Part shown: in pieces, positions 27,318 through 38,240 of the stretch
How positions within the stretch are numbered: position 1 is the stretch's first letter
Layout: every line of letters begins with the position of its first letter
NCBI GenBank assembly: GCA_038087875.1
Contig: CM075990.1
Location: 3,970,001-4,034,000, forward strand
Origin: Malacoraja senta
Lineage: Eukaryota
Direction: 5' to 3'
Length of the DNA: 64,000 bases
Made by a program: the position numbers and the translations under genes
Notes under the pieces: generated by a model
The model's input: the letters and a program-made list of their open reading frames with translations, nothing else
Databases searched by the model: none
Told to the model about the DNA's origin: nothing

Positions 27318-27770
27318 TCACTTTCAAGTCAAGTCACTTTTATTTCTATAGCACATTTAAAAAACAACTCTCGTTGACCAAAGTGCTTTACATTGGTGGA
27401 GGTACTAACATTATACAACAGTGGTTCATAGATTAAGTACAGACATCACTACATACATGTAGCCCTCCCTCAGAGGACGTCAAGAAAGGCTTGAGAGTAA
27501 AGATGAGTTTTAAGTCTCGACTTAAAGGAGTCGATGGAGGGGGCAGTTCTGATGGGAAGAGGGATGCTGTTCCACAGTCTAGGAGCTGCAACCGCAAAGG
27601 CGCGGTCGCCCCTGAGCTTACGCCTAGACCGCGGGATGTTCAGTAACCCCAAGTCGGCCGATCTGAGGGACCTGGAGGTGGAGTGGTGGGTGAGCAGACT
27701 TTTGATGTAGGTGGGTGCAAGCCCGTTAAGGGCTTTGTAAACATAAGGAAGGATCTTGAAATTTATTCTG
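27318..27770 (-). mobile_element. L2 LINE 3' fragment
   Basis: YKALNGLAPTYI...RSLRSAD...GDRAFAVAAPRLWNSIP...FKSRLKTHLY; short tandem tail. Confidence 0.85.
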
Positions 27771-29566
27771 AAAATGTATTTATTTTTAAAATATTTTAGT
27801 TTTCGTTTTGGAGACACAGCGAGAAAACAGGCCCTTCGGCCCATCGAGTACGTGCCGAACATCGGACGCTGCACACTTACACTACCCTACACACACTAGG
27901 GACATTTTTACAATTATACCAAGCCAATTAACCTACAACCCCTCTCGTCTTTGGAGTGCGGGAGGAAACCGGAGATCCCGGAGAAAACTCGCGCGGTCAC
28001 GGGGAGAACGTACAAACTCCATACAGACAGCACCTGTAGACGGGATTGAACCCGGGTCTCTGCCGCTGTGAGCTCTTCCTGCAGTTTGTGTTTTGCTGCA
28101 GATTCCATCATCTGCAGTCTCTTGTGTCTCCCAACAGAACAGTTGTTTCCTTAGGGGCAGCACAGTGGCGCAGCGGTAGAGTTGCTGCCTTGCAGCGCCA
28201 GAGACCCAGGTTCGATCCTGACTACAGGTGCTGTCTGTATGGAGTTTGTACGTTGTTTGGAGGTTTCGTTTAATTTAGTTTAGAAATGCAGCGCGGAACC
28301 AGGCCCTTCGGCCCACCAAGTCTGCACCGACCAGCGATCCCCGCACTTTAACGCTATCTACAAACACAGAAACTCGGGTCTCTGGTGCTGTAAGCGCTGT
28401 GTAGCAGCATCTCTACCGCTGCGACACCATGCAGGTTAATATTCGCCGGTGTGTAGGATAGTGCCAGTGTATGGTGATCGCTTGTAGGCATGGACTCGAT
28501 GGGCCGAAGGGCCTGTTTCCGCGCTGTACCTCTGAACTAAACTTAACTAGTGAGAGGAATGGATAGGATGAATGCACAGAATCTTTTACCAAGGGTGGGG
28601 AATCAAAACGAGGACATTGGTTTAAGGTGAGAGGGGATTTAATTTGATTGGTACCTGAGGGTGAATTTTTCACTCAGAGGGAGGTGGGTACATGGAACGA
28701 GCTGTCAGAGGAGGTAAATGAGGCAGGTACTCCAGCAGCACTTAAAATACACTTGGACAGGGACATGGATAGGAAGGGTTTAAAGAGATATGGCACAAAC
28801 ACGGGTAAATGGGACATCGGGGTCGGCATGGACAAGTTGGGCCGAAGGGCCTGTTTCCGTGCTGTTTGAATCTGACTGTGAACTCACTCAGCACTTCACC
28901 CTCGCCTGTTTTAGTCTGAAGAAGGGTCACGACCCGAAACGTCACCCATTCCTTCTCTCCAGAGATGCCGCCTGTCCCGCTGAGTTACTCCAGCACTTTG
29001 TGTAAACCAGCATCTGCTTTTCCTTCCTACACACTGTTTTAAAGGGAGGCTGGTTCCTCCCAGAGGCAGCAGGTTTATAAGTATAACCATAGCAGCTAAT
29101 GGTTAGCTGACACAAATAAACCTAAATAATATAACATTTCTGATTTATTATGGAATTCTTTGCCACGGAGGATATTTTTAAGGCAGAGATTGACAGATAT
29201 TTGGGTGTCAGGGGTTATGGGGGGAGGGCGGGAGAATGTTGAGAGGAAAAGGTAGATCAGCCACGATTGAATGGTGGAATAGACTTGATGGGCCGAATGG
29301 CCTAATTCTGCGCCTAGCACTTATGAACATATAAATATCTAAGGCATCAGTGATTTTTCTTCGAGCTCTATGCAACACTAATCTGTTCATGAAAACGTTA
29401 ATTCAAGAGAGTTAAGAATCAAGAGTGTTTTATTGTTAAATGGCCCGAAATGGAACAATTAAATTCTTATTTGCAGCAGCAGCAGCACGACAGATATTGT
29501 AGTGGACAACGTAGATGAAATCAGTGACCAAAGGAGTCAGTATGTTGGTTCATTCATCGATGTACT

Positions 29567-29572
29567 TTTATT
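29567..29572 (-). promoter_or_regulatory. Candidate polyadenylation signal of the uncharacterised gene
   Basis: AATAAA on - about 730 nt after the stop codon. Confidence 0.55.
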
Positions 29573-29739
29573 AACGTTACAATCCAACAGAAAACACAAG
29601 GAAATACATCTACAACAGGATACTAGGTAATGGAAAAGCTCAGAATCTCAGCATTAGATTACAGGGAAAGATCACTGTTGTTATACAGAGCGTTACAAGC
29701 GAGGAGGAAGTCGGGTTATGGGGAAAGCTTGGTGTTGTA

Positions 29740-30230
29740 ATGCAGGGTGAAGCTCAGTATTGTATTACAGGGGAGCGTCACTGTTGTAATACAGGTTGGA
29801 ACAGTGCTGTAATTCAGGAGAAACCTCAAGATTGTGGAAGGGCCAATGTGTTACACAGAGTGAAGCTCAGGCTCGTAATAACGCAGGACTGTAATACAGG
29901 GAGAATTACTTAAGCTCGTAATTGCAATACAAGTGAATCTCAGGGCTATAACAGGACCGCAGAATTGTAATGCAGGGAGAATGCCAGAGTTGTGGCATCA
30001 ACATGGGACTGTAATACAGGGAGAATCTCCGGATTATGTAATACGGGGAGAATCTTGGGGTTTTAACATAACCTCAGGACAGTAACAAAGGGAGAATCTC
30101 CAGATTGTAATACAGGCTCAGGACTGTAATACAGGGAGGATCTCAGGGTTGTTAAATAAGATCGGGACTGTAATGCTGGGAGAATCTCGGGAGAATAATG
30201 CATGCTCAGGACTGTAATAGAGTGAAGCTT
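29740..30230. repeat. Degenerate tandem repeat (GGACTGTAATACAGGGAGAATCTC-like)
   Basis: More than ten diverged TGTAATACAGG cores. Confidence 0.75.
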
Positions 30231-30305
30231 GGCTTTGTCATATGGGATTGTAACATGTTGCTGACTTTGGTGATTTCCATGGACTGGGGGTGACTAGGAC
30301 ACAGA

Positions 30306-30496
30306 TTACCTGGAGTTGCTGATTGGGAACGATGTGTCACCACACAAAAAGCACATGGTTTTATTGTTGATTTTTCCATGGAGGTCTCGCTTGATGGCTG
30401 AGATCATGAGGGTCTCTTCGCTGTGATCGTACGCTACATCGAGGCAGCGCTTGGCAAAGTAGTGAGAAGATTCAGCGCTAACTGCTAACGCACTTT
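30306..30496 (-). CDS. Uncharacterised secreted protein exon 6 (ESALAVSAESSHYFAKRCLDV...KTMCFLCGDTSFPISNSR*)
   Basis: tgctcacag| acceptor, phase 1; same frame as ORF 30306..30515; TAA at 30308-30306. Confidence 0.85.
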
Positions 30497-31363
30497 CTGT
30501 GAGCACAAAGTTCAATTGTTTAGTTTAGTTTAGAGATACAGCTCGGAAACAGGCCCTTCGGCCCACTGAGTCCGGGCCGACCAGCGATCCCCGCACATTA
30601 ACACTACCCTACACCCACTAGGGACAATGTTGCATATACAAGCCAATTAACCTGCAAACCTGTACGTCTTTGGAGTGTGGGAGGAAACCGAAGATCTTGG
30701 AGAAAACCCACGCAGGTCTCGAGGAGAACGTACAAACTCCGTACAGACTGCACGTGCAGTCAGGATCGAACCCGCGTCTCCGGCGCTGCAAGCGTTGTAA
30801 GGCAGCAACTCTACCGCTGCGCCACCATGCCGCCTATTGAATGAATACTTTATTGTCACATGTGACAAGTCACAGTGAAATTCTTTGCTTGCGAACCCAA
30901 GGTATGCAAATAGTCGCCCATAAAGGGCGCTGACAAAGTTACAAATTTCTGCCCAACCACGTCGGGTCCTCCAAGTGGGTTTATTAGCGACAGGGTTATG
31001 CACCCACGACCCACTGTTCAGAAGACCTCAGTGAGACCCACTCCACTTTAGGGACAGCACGGTGGCTCAGCGGTACAGTTGCAGCCTCACAGCACCAGAG
31101 ACCCGGGTTCCATCCTGACTACGGGGGCTGTCTGTACGGAGTCTGCGTGTTCTCCCCGTGACCACGTGGGTTTTCTCCGGGTGCTCCGGCTTCCTCCCAC
31201 TCCCACAGAAAACGTGTGAGTTTGTACGTTAATTGGCCCTCTGTAAATCGGCGCTTAGTGTGTAGGGAGTGGATGAGTGAGATTAACTTGGAACTAGTGT
31301 GAACAGGTGATCGATGGTCAGTGTGGACTTAGTGGGCTGAAGGGCTTGTTTCCATGCTGTATT

Positions 31364-31394
31364 ACTAACTAACTAACTAACTAACTAACTAACC

Positions 31395-31440
<46 letters not shown>

Positions 31441-31561
31441 TTAACTAACTAACTAACTAACTAACTAACTGACTAATCTAACTAACTAAACGAACTGGAT
31501 AACTAACTAACTAGCTAACTAACTGACTAACTGACTAACCTAACTAACTAAACTAACTGGA

Positions 31562-31613
<52 letters not shown>

Positions 31614-31765
31614 AAACTTACTGACTGACTGACTGACTGACTGACTGACTGACTGACTAACTAACCAACTAACCAACCAACTAACTAACTAACTAGCTAA
31701 CTAACCAACCAACTAACTAACCACCAAACCGACTAGCTAACTAACCAACCAACTAACTAACTAGC
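31364..31765. repeat. (CTAA)n/(CTGA)n microsatellite grown from a SINE tail
   Basis: Direct reading; follows the SINE at about 31050-31363. Confidence 0.95.
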
Positions 31766-32086
31766 GAGAAGATAGACACAATAAGCTGGAGTAACTCAGC
31801 GGGTCAGGCAGCATCTCTGGAGAAAAGGAATAGGTGACGTTTTGGGTCGTGACCCTTCTTCAGACTGAGAGTCGGGGAGAGGGAAACTAATTAACTAACT
31901 AACTAGCTTAACACCAATCTCGTATCTCCGTCCACCACCACCCCTGTCCGCATACTTCAGGCACCCTCTACTCTCTGTGTAAAACGCTACTCCCACACAT
32001 CTCCTTTAAACGTTGCCCCTCTCACCTTGAGGCTCTGCCCTCGTCAGCCTAAACTACCAGTGGGATGTTAGTGTAGAGGGACGCAC

Positions 32087-32201
32087 CTTGACAGTTGGCC
32101 AAACGGTTGCCTCCAAAGTACTGCGTTGTCCACTTGTAGCCGGTCTCTTCCCCACACCTCTCGTATGGCCGCGATCTCCTGAGGAACTGGAAGTCATAAC
32201 C
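32087..32201 (-). CDS. Uncharacterised secreted protein exon 5, sushi-like C-half (GYDFQFLRRSRPYERCGEETGYKWTTQYFGGNRLANCQ)
   Basis: ctctctgcacag| ... AAG|gtgcgt; 115 nt; GY-x-F...C...W...C pattern. Confidence 0.9.
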
Positions 32202-33227
32202 CTGTGCAGAGAGAGGCGAGGTCAATGATTGTCCATCTGTACACTGTGTATTGCCACATCATGAGAACATCAAGTGCCGAGCTGCTGCTAACGCCACTCC
32301 CACGATAAACCGTGGGCAGCACGGTGGTACAGCAGTAGAGTTGCACCTAGAGACCCAGAGACGCCGGTTCAATCCTGACTACGGGTGCTGTGGATACACA
32401 GTCTGTACGTTCAAATCCCTCAAAACCTTTCCTATCCATGCACCTGTCCAGCTGTCCAAATGTCTTTTATTTGTTACCTGCCTCAACTCCCTCCTCTGAC
32501 AGCTCGTTCCAAATGCCCACCATATCGGGAGGTGTGAAGAAGGGTCTCGACTCAAAACATCACCCATTCCTTCTCTCCAGAGATGCTGTCTGTCCCGCTG
32601 AGTTACTCCAACTTTTTGTGTCTATCTTTGGTTTAAACCAGCATCTGCAGTTCCTTCCTACACAATGGAAAGACATTTGGACAGGTACATGGATAGGATA
32701 GGTTTGCAAGGATGTGGGCCGTATTTGGGCAGGAGGGACTAGTGTAGATGGGGCATCTTGGATGGCATGGGCAAGTTGGGCCGAAGGGCCTGTTTCCATG
32801 CTGTATGGCCCCATGACTGTGTATGAGTGAGGGGAGAAGAGGGATGGAGGTCAGGAACGCTCACTGAGGCAGCGTATATCCACCATGGTGCAGCAGTGTT
32901 GGTGGTGCAGAGATAGAGTAGCTGCCTTACAGTGCTCGCAGCGCCAGAGACCCGGGTTCAATCCCGACTACGGGTGCTGTCCGTACGGAGTTTGTACCTT
33001 CTCCCCGTTCCCTGCGTGGGGTTTCTCCGAGATCTCCCACGCTCCAAAGACGTACAAGTTTGTAGGTTAATTGGCTTGGTATAAGTGTAAAATTGTCCCT
33101 AGTGTGTGTGTGTGTGTAGGATGGTGTTAGTGTGCGGGGATCGCTGGTCGGCGCGGTCTCGGTGGGCCGAAGGGCCTGTTTCCGCGCTATGTCTCTCAAC
33201 TAAACTAAACTAAAACAGAGACCGTAC

Positions 33228-33340
33228 CTTGTTACACATGGGCTTGCAGTAGCGCGTCCTGTTCAGCGTCAGACACACCAGGCCTCCGTTCGCGGGGATG
33301 ATGGGGAAGCTGCAGTTCTTGGGGTTCACATGCTGACAAG
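33228..33340 (-). CDS. Uncharacterised secreted protein exon 4, sushi-like N-half (ACQHVNPKNCSFPIIPANGGLVCLTLNRTRYCKPMCNK)
   Basis: ttctccgtag| ... AAG|gtacgg; 113 nt; C-x-x-P-x-x-P-x-N-G motif. Confidence 0.9.
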
Positions 33341-33599
33341 CTACGGAGAAAGCACAAACATCCGGGGGGGGGGGGGGGGGGGAATCACCACCCGCAAACC
33401 AAGAAACAGTGTGAGATTCAGAGTCTAATCACAGCGCTGGGGGCAGCCTAAATGTAATCATGGGTAGTTTTTTCATCGACTGGATAGCATACAACTAAAA
33501 GGTTTTTCACTGTACCACAATAATGATGAACTAAGCAAAACAAATTAAACTGTTAATCTGCAGGGCTCGTTATTTTAGAGAGGGCGTGTAAAAGTCACA

Positions 33600-34160
33600 G
33601 CCAGGATAGTGGTATAATTTGTCCCCTAATTTGAGGAAGGACATTCTTGCTATTGAGGGAGTGCAGCGTAGGTTTACAAGGTTAATTCCCGGGATGGCGG
33701 GACTGTCATACGCTGAGAGACTGGAGCAGCTGGGCTTGTACACTCTGGAGTTTAGAAGGATGAGAGGGCATCTCATTGAAACATATAAGATTGTTAAGGG
33801 CTTGGACACACTAGAGGCAGGAAACATGTTCCCGATGTTGGGGGAGTCCAGAACCAGGGGCCACAGTTTAAGAATAAGGAGTAAGCCATTTAGAACGGAG
33901 ACGAGGAAACACTTTTTCTCACAGAGAGTGGTGAGTCTGTGGAATTCTCTGCCTCAGAGGGCAGTGGAGGCAGGTTCTCTGGATACTTTCAAGAGAGAGC
34001 TAGATAGGGCTCTTAAAAATAGCAGAGTCACGGGATATGGGGAGAAGGCAGGAACGGGGTACTGATTGGGGATGATCAGCCATGATCACATTGAATGGCG
34101 GTGCTGGCTCGAAGGGCCAAATGGACTACTCCTGCACCTATTGTCTATAGTCTATTGTCT
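33600..34160 (+). mobile_element. CR1 LINE 3' fragment (young subfamily)
   Basis: EGVQRRFTRLIPGM...RTRGHSLRI...FFSQRVVSLWNSLP; (ATTGTCT)n tail. Confidence 0.9.
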
Positions 34161-35135
34161 AATTCATTTTAGTGTGGTGGTATAATTCAGCGTGGAAACA
34201 GGCCCTTCGGCCCATCGTGTTCGCTGCAACCAACGATCCCCCCCGTACACTAGTTCTCTCCTCCACCCTTGGGACAATTTCCAGGTGCCAATTCGCCTGC
34301 AAACCTGCACTTTTTTTGGAGTGTGGAAGGAAACCAGAGCATCCGGAGAAAACCAACGTGGTCACAGGGAGAACATGAAAAATCTATCCATGCAGCACAG
34401 ACCGGATTGAACCCGGGTCTCTGGCGCTGTAAGGCAACAACCCTACCGCTGCACCCCTCTGCCCCCTGGTGGACAAGAGGCTTTTGGATAGGCAGAGATG
34501 CTGCCTGACCCGCTGAGTTACTCCATAACGTTGTGTCTCTTTTGTATCCTTGTGTCCACACCTGAACCGACCTGACAGGTAGGTTTTGGGTAAATAGGTT
34601 GATGAGAATCAGAGAACCTTGCCAAACTATGCAAAGCCCAGCTTAAGGTTCCTGAGTCTTGATTAATATTGTTGTCAGGGGTTATGGGGAGAAGGCAGGA
34701 GAATGGGGTTGAGAGGGAATGATAGATCAGCCATGATTGAATAGCAGAGTAGACTTGATGGGCTGAATGGCCTAATTCTTCTCCTAGAACATATGAAATT
34801 ATGAATTGAGGAACTTGCGTTTAGACCGAGTCTCTACAAACACCACTGCTGCTGATGACAAGCGGGGAGTGGAAAGGGGTGAAGGTGGGGTGGGAACTCT
34901 GGAGGATGAGGGGCAAACATTCCCAGAGCAGGAGAGAGAGAGTCTAATGGCAGCCCAGCCTAATTCTGCTCCTAGAAATTATGAGTTTATCAAAATGGAC
35001 GTTGGGTGCTGGGACTTGGAACTTCTCACAGAGGCAGTGAGTGTGTAGAAGGTGGCCCAGTGCAGCAGGGAGTGAGGGGTGAGGGTGGAGACACAAGGGT
35101 CGGTCAGTGTGATGTGAGGGTGTGGGGCTGTGTAC

Positions 35136-35250
35136 CTTTCACTCGGAGGGAGCGCAGGGTGTCTGCAGCGTTCTGTAGCAACTTGTAGAGTTCGCTCAGC
35201 TTCCCCGCCTCCAAACGCTGCAGGGCCTGCTGGGAACAGTTGTTGAATAA
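35136..35250 (-). CDS. Uncharacterised secreted protein exon 3 (LFNNCSQQALQRLEAGKLSELYKLLQNAADTLRSLRVK)
   Basis: cccttctctctgcag| ... AAG|gtacac; 115 nt; amphipathic helical pattern. Confidence 0.85.
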
Positions 35251-35668
35251 CTGCAGAGAGAAGGGACAGCAACGTCAGCTGTAGATCCGCTGCCTCAGTG
35301 CGCCAGAGAGAGCGCCCGGTTCAATCCCCACCTCGGCTGCTGTCTGCCTCCCTGTGACCGCGTGGGCTTCCTCTGGGTGCTCCGGTTTCCTCCCACATCC
35401 CAAGAACATGCGAGTCGGTGGGTCAACTGTCCACCATAAATTGTCCCCACAAGTGGCAGAATCTTGTGGAGTTCATGAGAATCAAATGTGGGGTTAGTGC
35501 AGGATCAGTGGGTGAGTATGGACCCGATGGGCAGAAGGGCCTGTTTCTAGGCCGCATTGCTCAATGGCTCTCTGACCTTTGAGTTGCCAATGAACTTGAT
35601 GCACTTCCATCCTTCTCCTCTCTCCCTGTCCAGTTGTCAGATGAGGGAGTCACAAACACGGGCTCTGT

Positions 35669-36240
35669 GATCGTTTCGCTGAACACCTTCGCTCAGGCCA
35701 ACTAGGCCTACACGATCTCCCGGTTGCCAAACACTTAAACTCCCCTCCCATTCCCACACTGACCTTTCTGTCCTGGGCCTCCTCCACTGTCAGAGTGAGG
35801 CCCAATGCAAATTGGAGGAATAACATCTCATATTTCGCTTAGGCAGCTTACACCCCAGCGGTATGAATATTGACTATTCCAACTTCAAGTAGCCCTTGCT
35901 TTCCCTCTCTCTCCGTCCCTCCCCAACCCTAGTTCTCCGACTAGTTCCACTGTCCTCCTGATTAATTTTACTGTTTATAAGCCTCGTTGTCACCTGCCCC
36001 TCAGCCAACAATGAACCATTCTACATTTCTTCAACCATCGTCTGCTTTGATCTGTCATTTTCACACCTTACCCCTTCCACATATCTCTAATCTCCCTCCC
36101 CCTTGACTCTCAGTCTGAAGTAGGGTCTTGACCCGAAACATCACCCACTCCTTCTCTCCAGAGATGCGGCCTGTCCCGCTGAGTTACTCCAGCATTTTGT
36201 GCCTATCTTCGGTGTAAACCAGCATCATCAGTTCCATCCT
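35669..36240 (+). mobile_element. Penelope-like element 3' fragment (GIY-YIG endonuclease end plus downstream repeat)
   Basis: DRFAEH...LPVAKH..SPSHSHTDLSVLGLLHCQSEAQCKLEE.HLIFRLGSLHPSGMNI..SNFK*, then CTGAAG...GGGTC..GACCCGAAAC. Confidence 0.8.
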
Positions 36241-37040
36241 GCACAGAAACAGGCCCTTCAGCCCATTGAGTCCACACTGACCTTCAACTGAATATCTCCA
36301 CACAATTCTACATGAACCAGAGTCTGAAGAAGGATGGATCCTGACCCAAAACCCCATTGACATCCCCGCAATGCAGGAGCTGATTGCCCCGATGTGGAGG
36401 GCCCAAACACCGCCAGCTGCGGGAGTCAAGATCGTCCCACCAATGGAGGGCTTGAGGCCCCCGACCGCGGGAGAGCTAAGGGAAGATATTTGAACTTTTT
36501 TTCGCCTTCCATCACAGTGAAGAATGTGGAGGAGTCACTGTGGTGGATGTTTATGTTAAAATGTATTTTGTGTGTTCCGTATGACTGACTTGGCAAATCT
36601 TCTTCTTCTTGCGTATGGCGTGCACAGCCTAAAGTTGTAGGACAACTTGTTCTATTTGATCTTATTTGATTGTGCACGCCGGGTCGATTGCATTCGTCGA
36701 AACAGGGCGGACCACGTGAAGGTTGCAATCTCCCACCCCAACTTGGCAAATGAAACTCCTCGTATGTTGCAAAACAAACTTGGCTAATAAAGTATTATTG
36801 TGATTGTGACTCCACACTGACCTTCAACTGAATATCTCCACACAATTCTACATGAAGAAGGATCCTGACCCAAAACCTCACCTATCCATGTTCTCCAGAG
36901 ATGCTGCCTGACCTGTTGAGTTATCCAAGACTTTGTGTCATTTTTGGTAAACCAGCATCTACATATTCATCGTATCCGCCATCTTTGCTCTCAGCCTGAC
37001 TGAGGAAGATAAGCAGCACTCTATATAATAACAAGACTTA

Positions 37041-37390
37041 AGAGCCTGTCCCACTTTCCGGAGTTATTCACGAATTCTCCCGAGTTTTCCCATTGATTCA
37101 AACTCGCAGAATGTTCGTAACGAGTCCGTAGGAGGCCGTGGATATATCGTAGCGGCCCGTTTTGCCAGCCGTAGGTACTCGGGGCTATTTTTTTACCCGT
37201 GGACATTTTTTATCGGGCTGGAAAAAACGTCCCGACTAACCTGATGCCCCAAGTACCTACGGCTGGCATAACGAGCCGCTACGATATATCCACGGACACC
37301 TACGGACTTGTTACGAACATTCTGCGAGTTTGAATCAAGGGGAAAACTCGGGAGGATTCGTGAATAACTCGGGAAAGTGGGACAGGCCCT
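37041..37390. mobile_element. PIF/Harbinger-type palindromic MITE
   Basis: Same termini as 2211-2652, TTA TSD, about 145-bp inverted arms. Confidence 0.88.
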
Positions 37391-37449
37391 TTAGACAGGG
37401 TGCTGGGGAGATTTACCCACAGAGCGATGCTAATGTTCACCGGCCAGGC

Positions 37450-37935
37450 TTTGTTTACAAGGTCATTTCCCGGGATGGCGGGACTGTCATATGCTGAGAG
37501 AATGGAGCAGCTGGGCTTGTACAGTCTGGAGTTTAGAAGGATGAGAGGATACCTCATTGAAACATATAAGATTGTTAAGGGCTTGGACACGCTAGAGGCA
37601 GAAAACATGTTCCCGATGTTGGGGGAGTCCAGAACCAGGGGCCACAGTTTAAGAATAAGGAGTAAGCCATTTAGAACGGAGACGAGGAAACACTTTTTCT
37701 CACAGAGAGTGGTGAGTCTGTAGAATTTTCTGCCTCAGAGGGCGGTGGAGGCCAGTTCTCTGGATGCTTTCAAGAGAGAGCTAGATAGCGCTCTTAAAGA
37801 TAGCGGAGTCAGGGGATATGGGGAGAAGGCAGGAATGGGGTACTGATTGGGGATGATCAGCCATGATCACATTGAATGGTGGTGCTGGCGTGAAGGGCCG
37901 AATGGCCTACTCCTGCACCTATTGTCTATTGTCCT
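37450..37935 (+). mobile_element. CR1 LINE 3' fragment (same subfamily as 33600-34160)
   Basis: Near-identical sequence and tail. Confidence 0.88.
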
Positions 37936-38157
37936 GTCCCAGCTTCCTTCTCCTCCCACTTCAATGTGAAGAAGAGTCCTGACCTCAATCGTCACCTATC
38001 CTTGTTCTACAGAGATGCTGCCTGACCTGCTGAGTTACTCCAGCACTTTGTGTCTTTCCTTGTGAACTAGCATCTGCAATTCATTGTGTCCACAATCTTT
38101 GCCCCCCCCCACTCTGGCTGAGGAAGTCAATATTCAATCTGATAATGAAAGTCATAC

Positions 38158-38240
38158 CTTGAGGCTGTTGGTCAAGTGCAGGTAGCCATCGGCACTAAAT
38201 ACATCCTGGCAATTGTCAGCGTCCTCCACTAAATATGCAC
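38158..38240 (-). CDS. Uncharacterised secreted protein exon 2 (GAYLVEDADNCQDVFSADGYLHLTNSLK)
   Basis: Long T tract plus cttcag| acceptor; AAG|gtatga donor; 83 nt. Confidence 0.82.
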
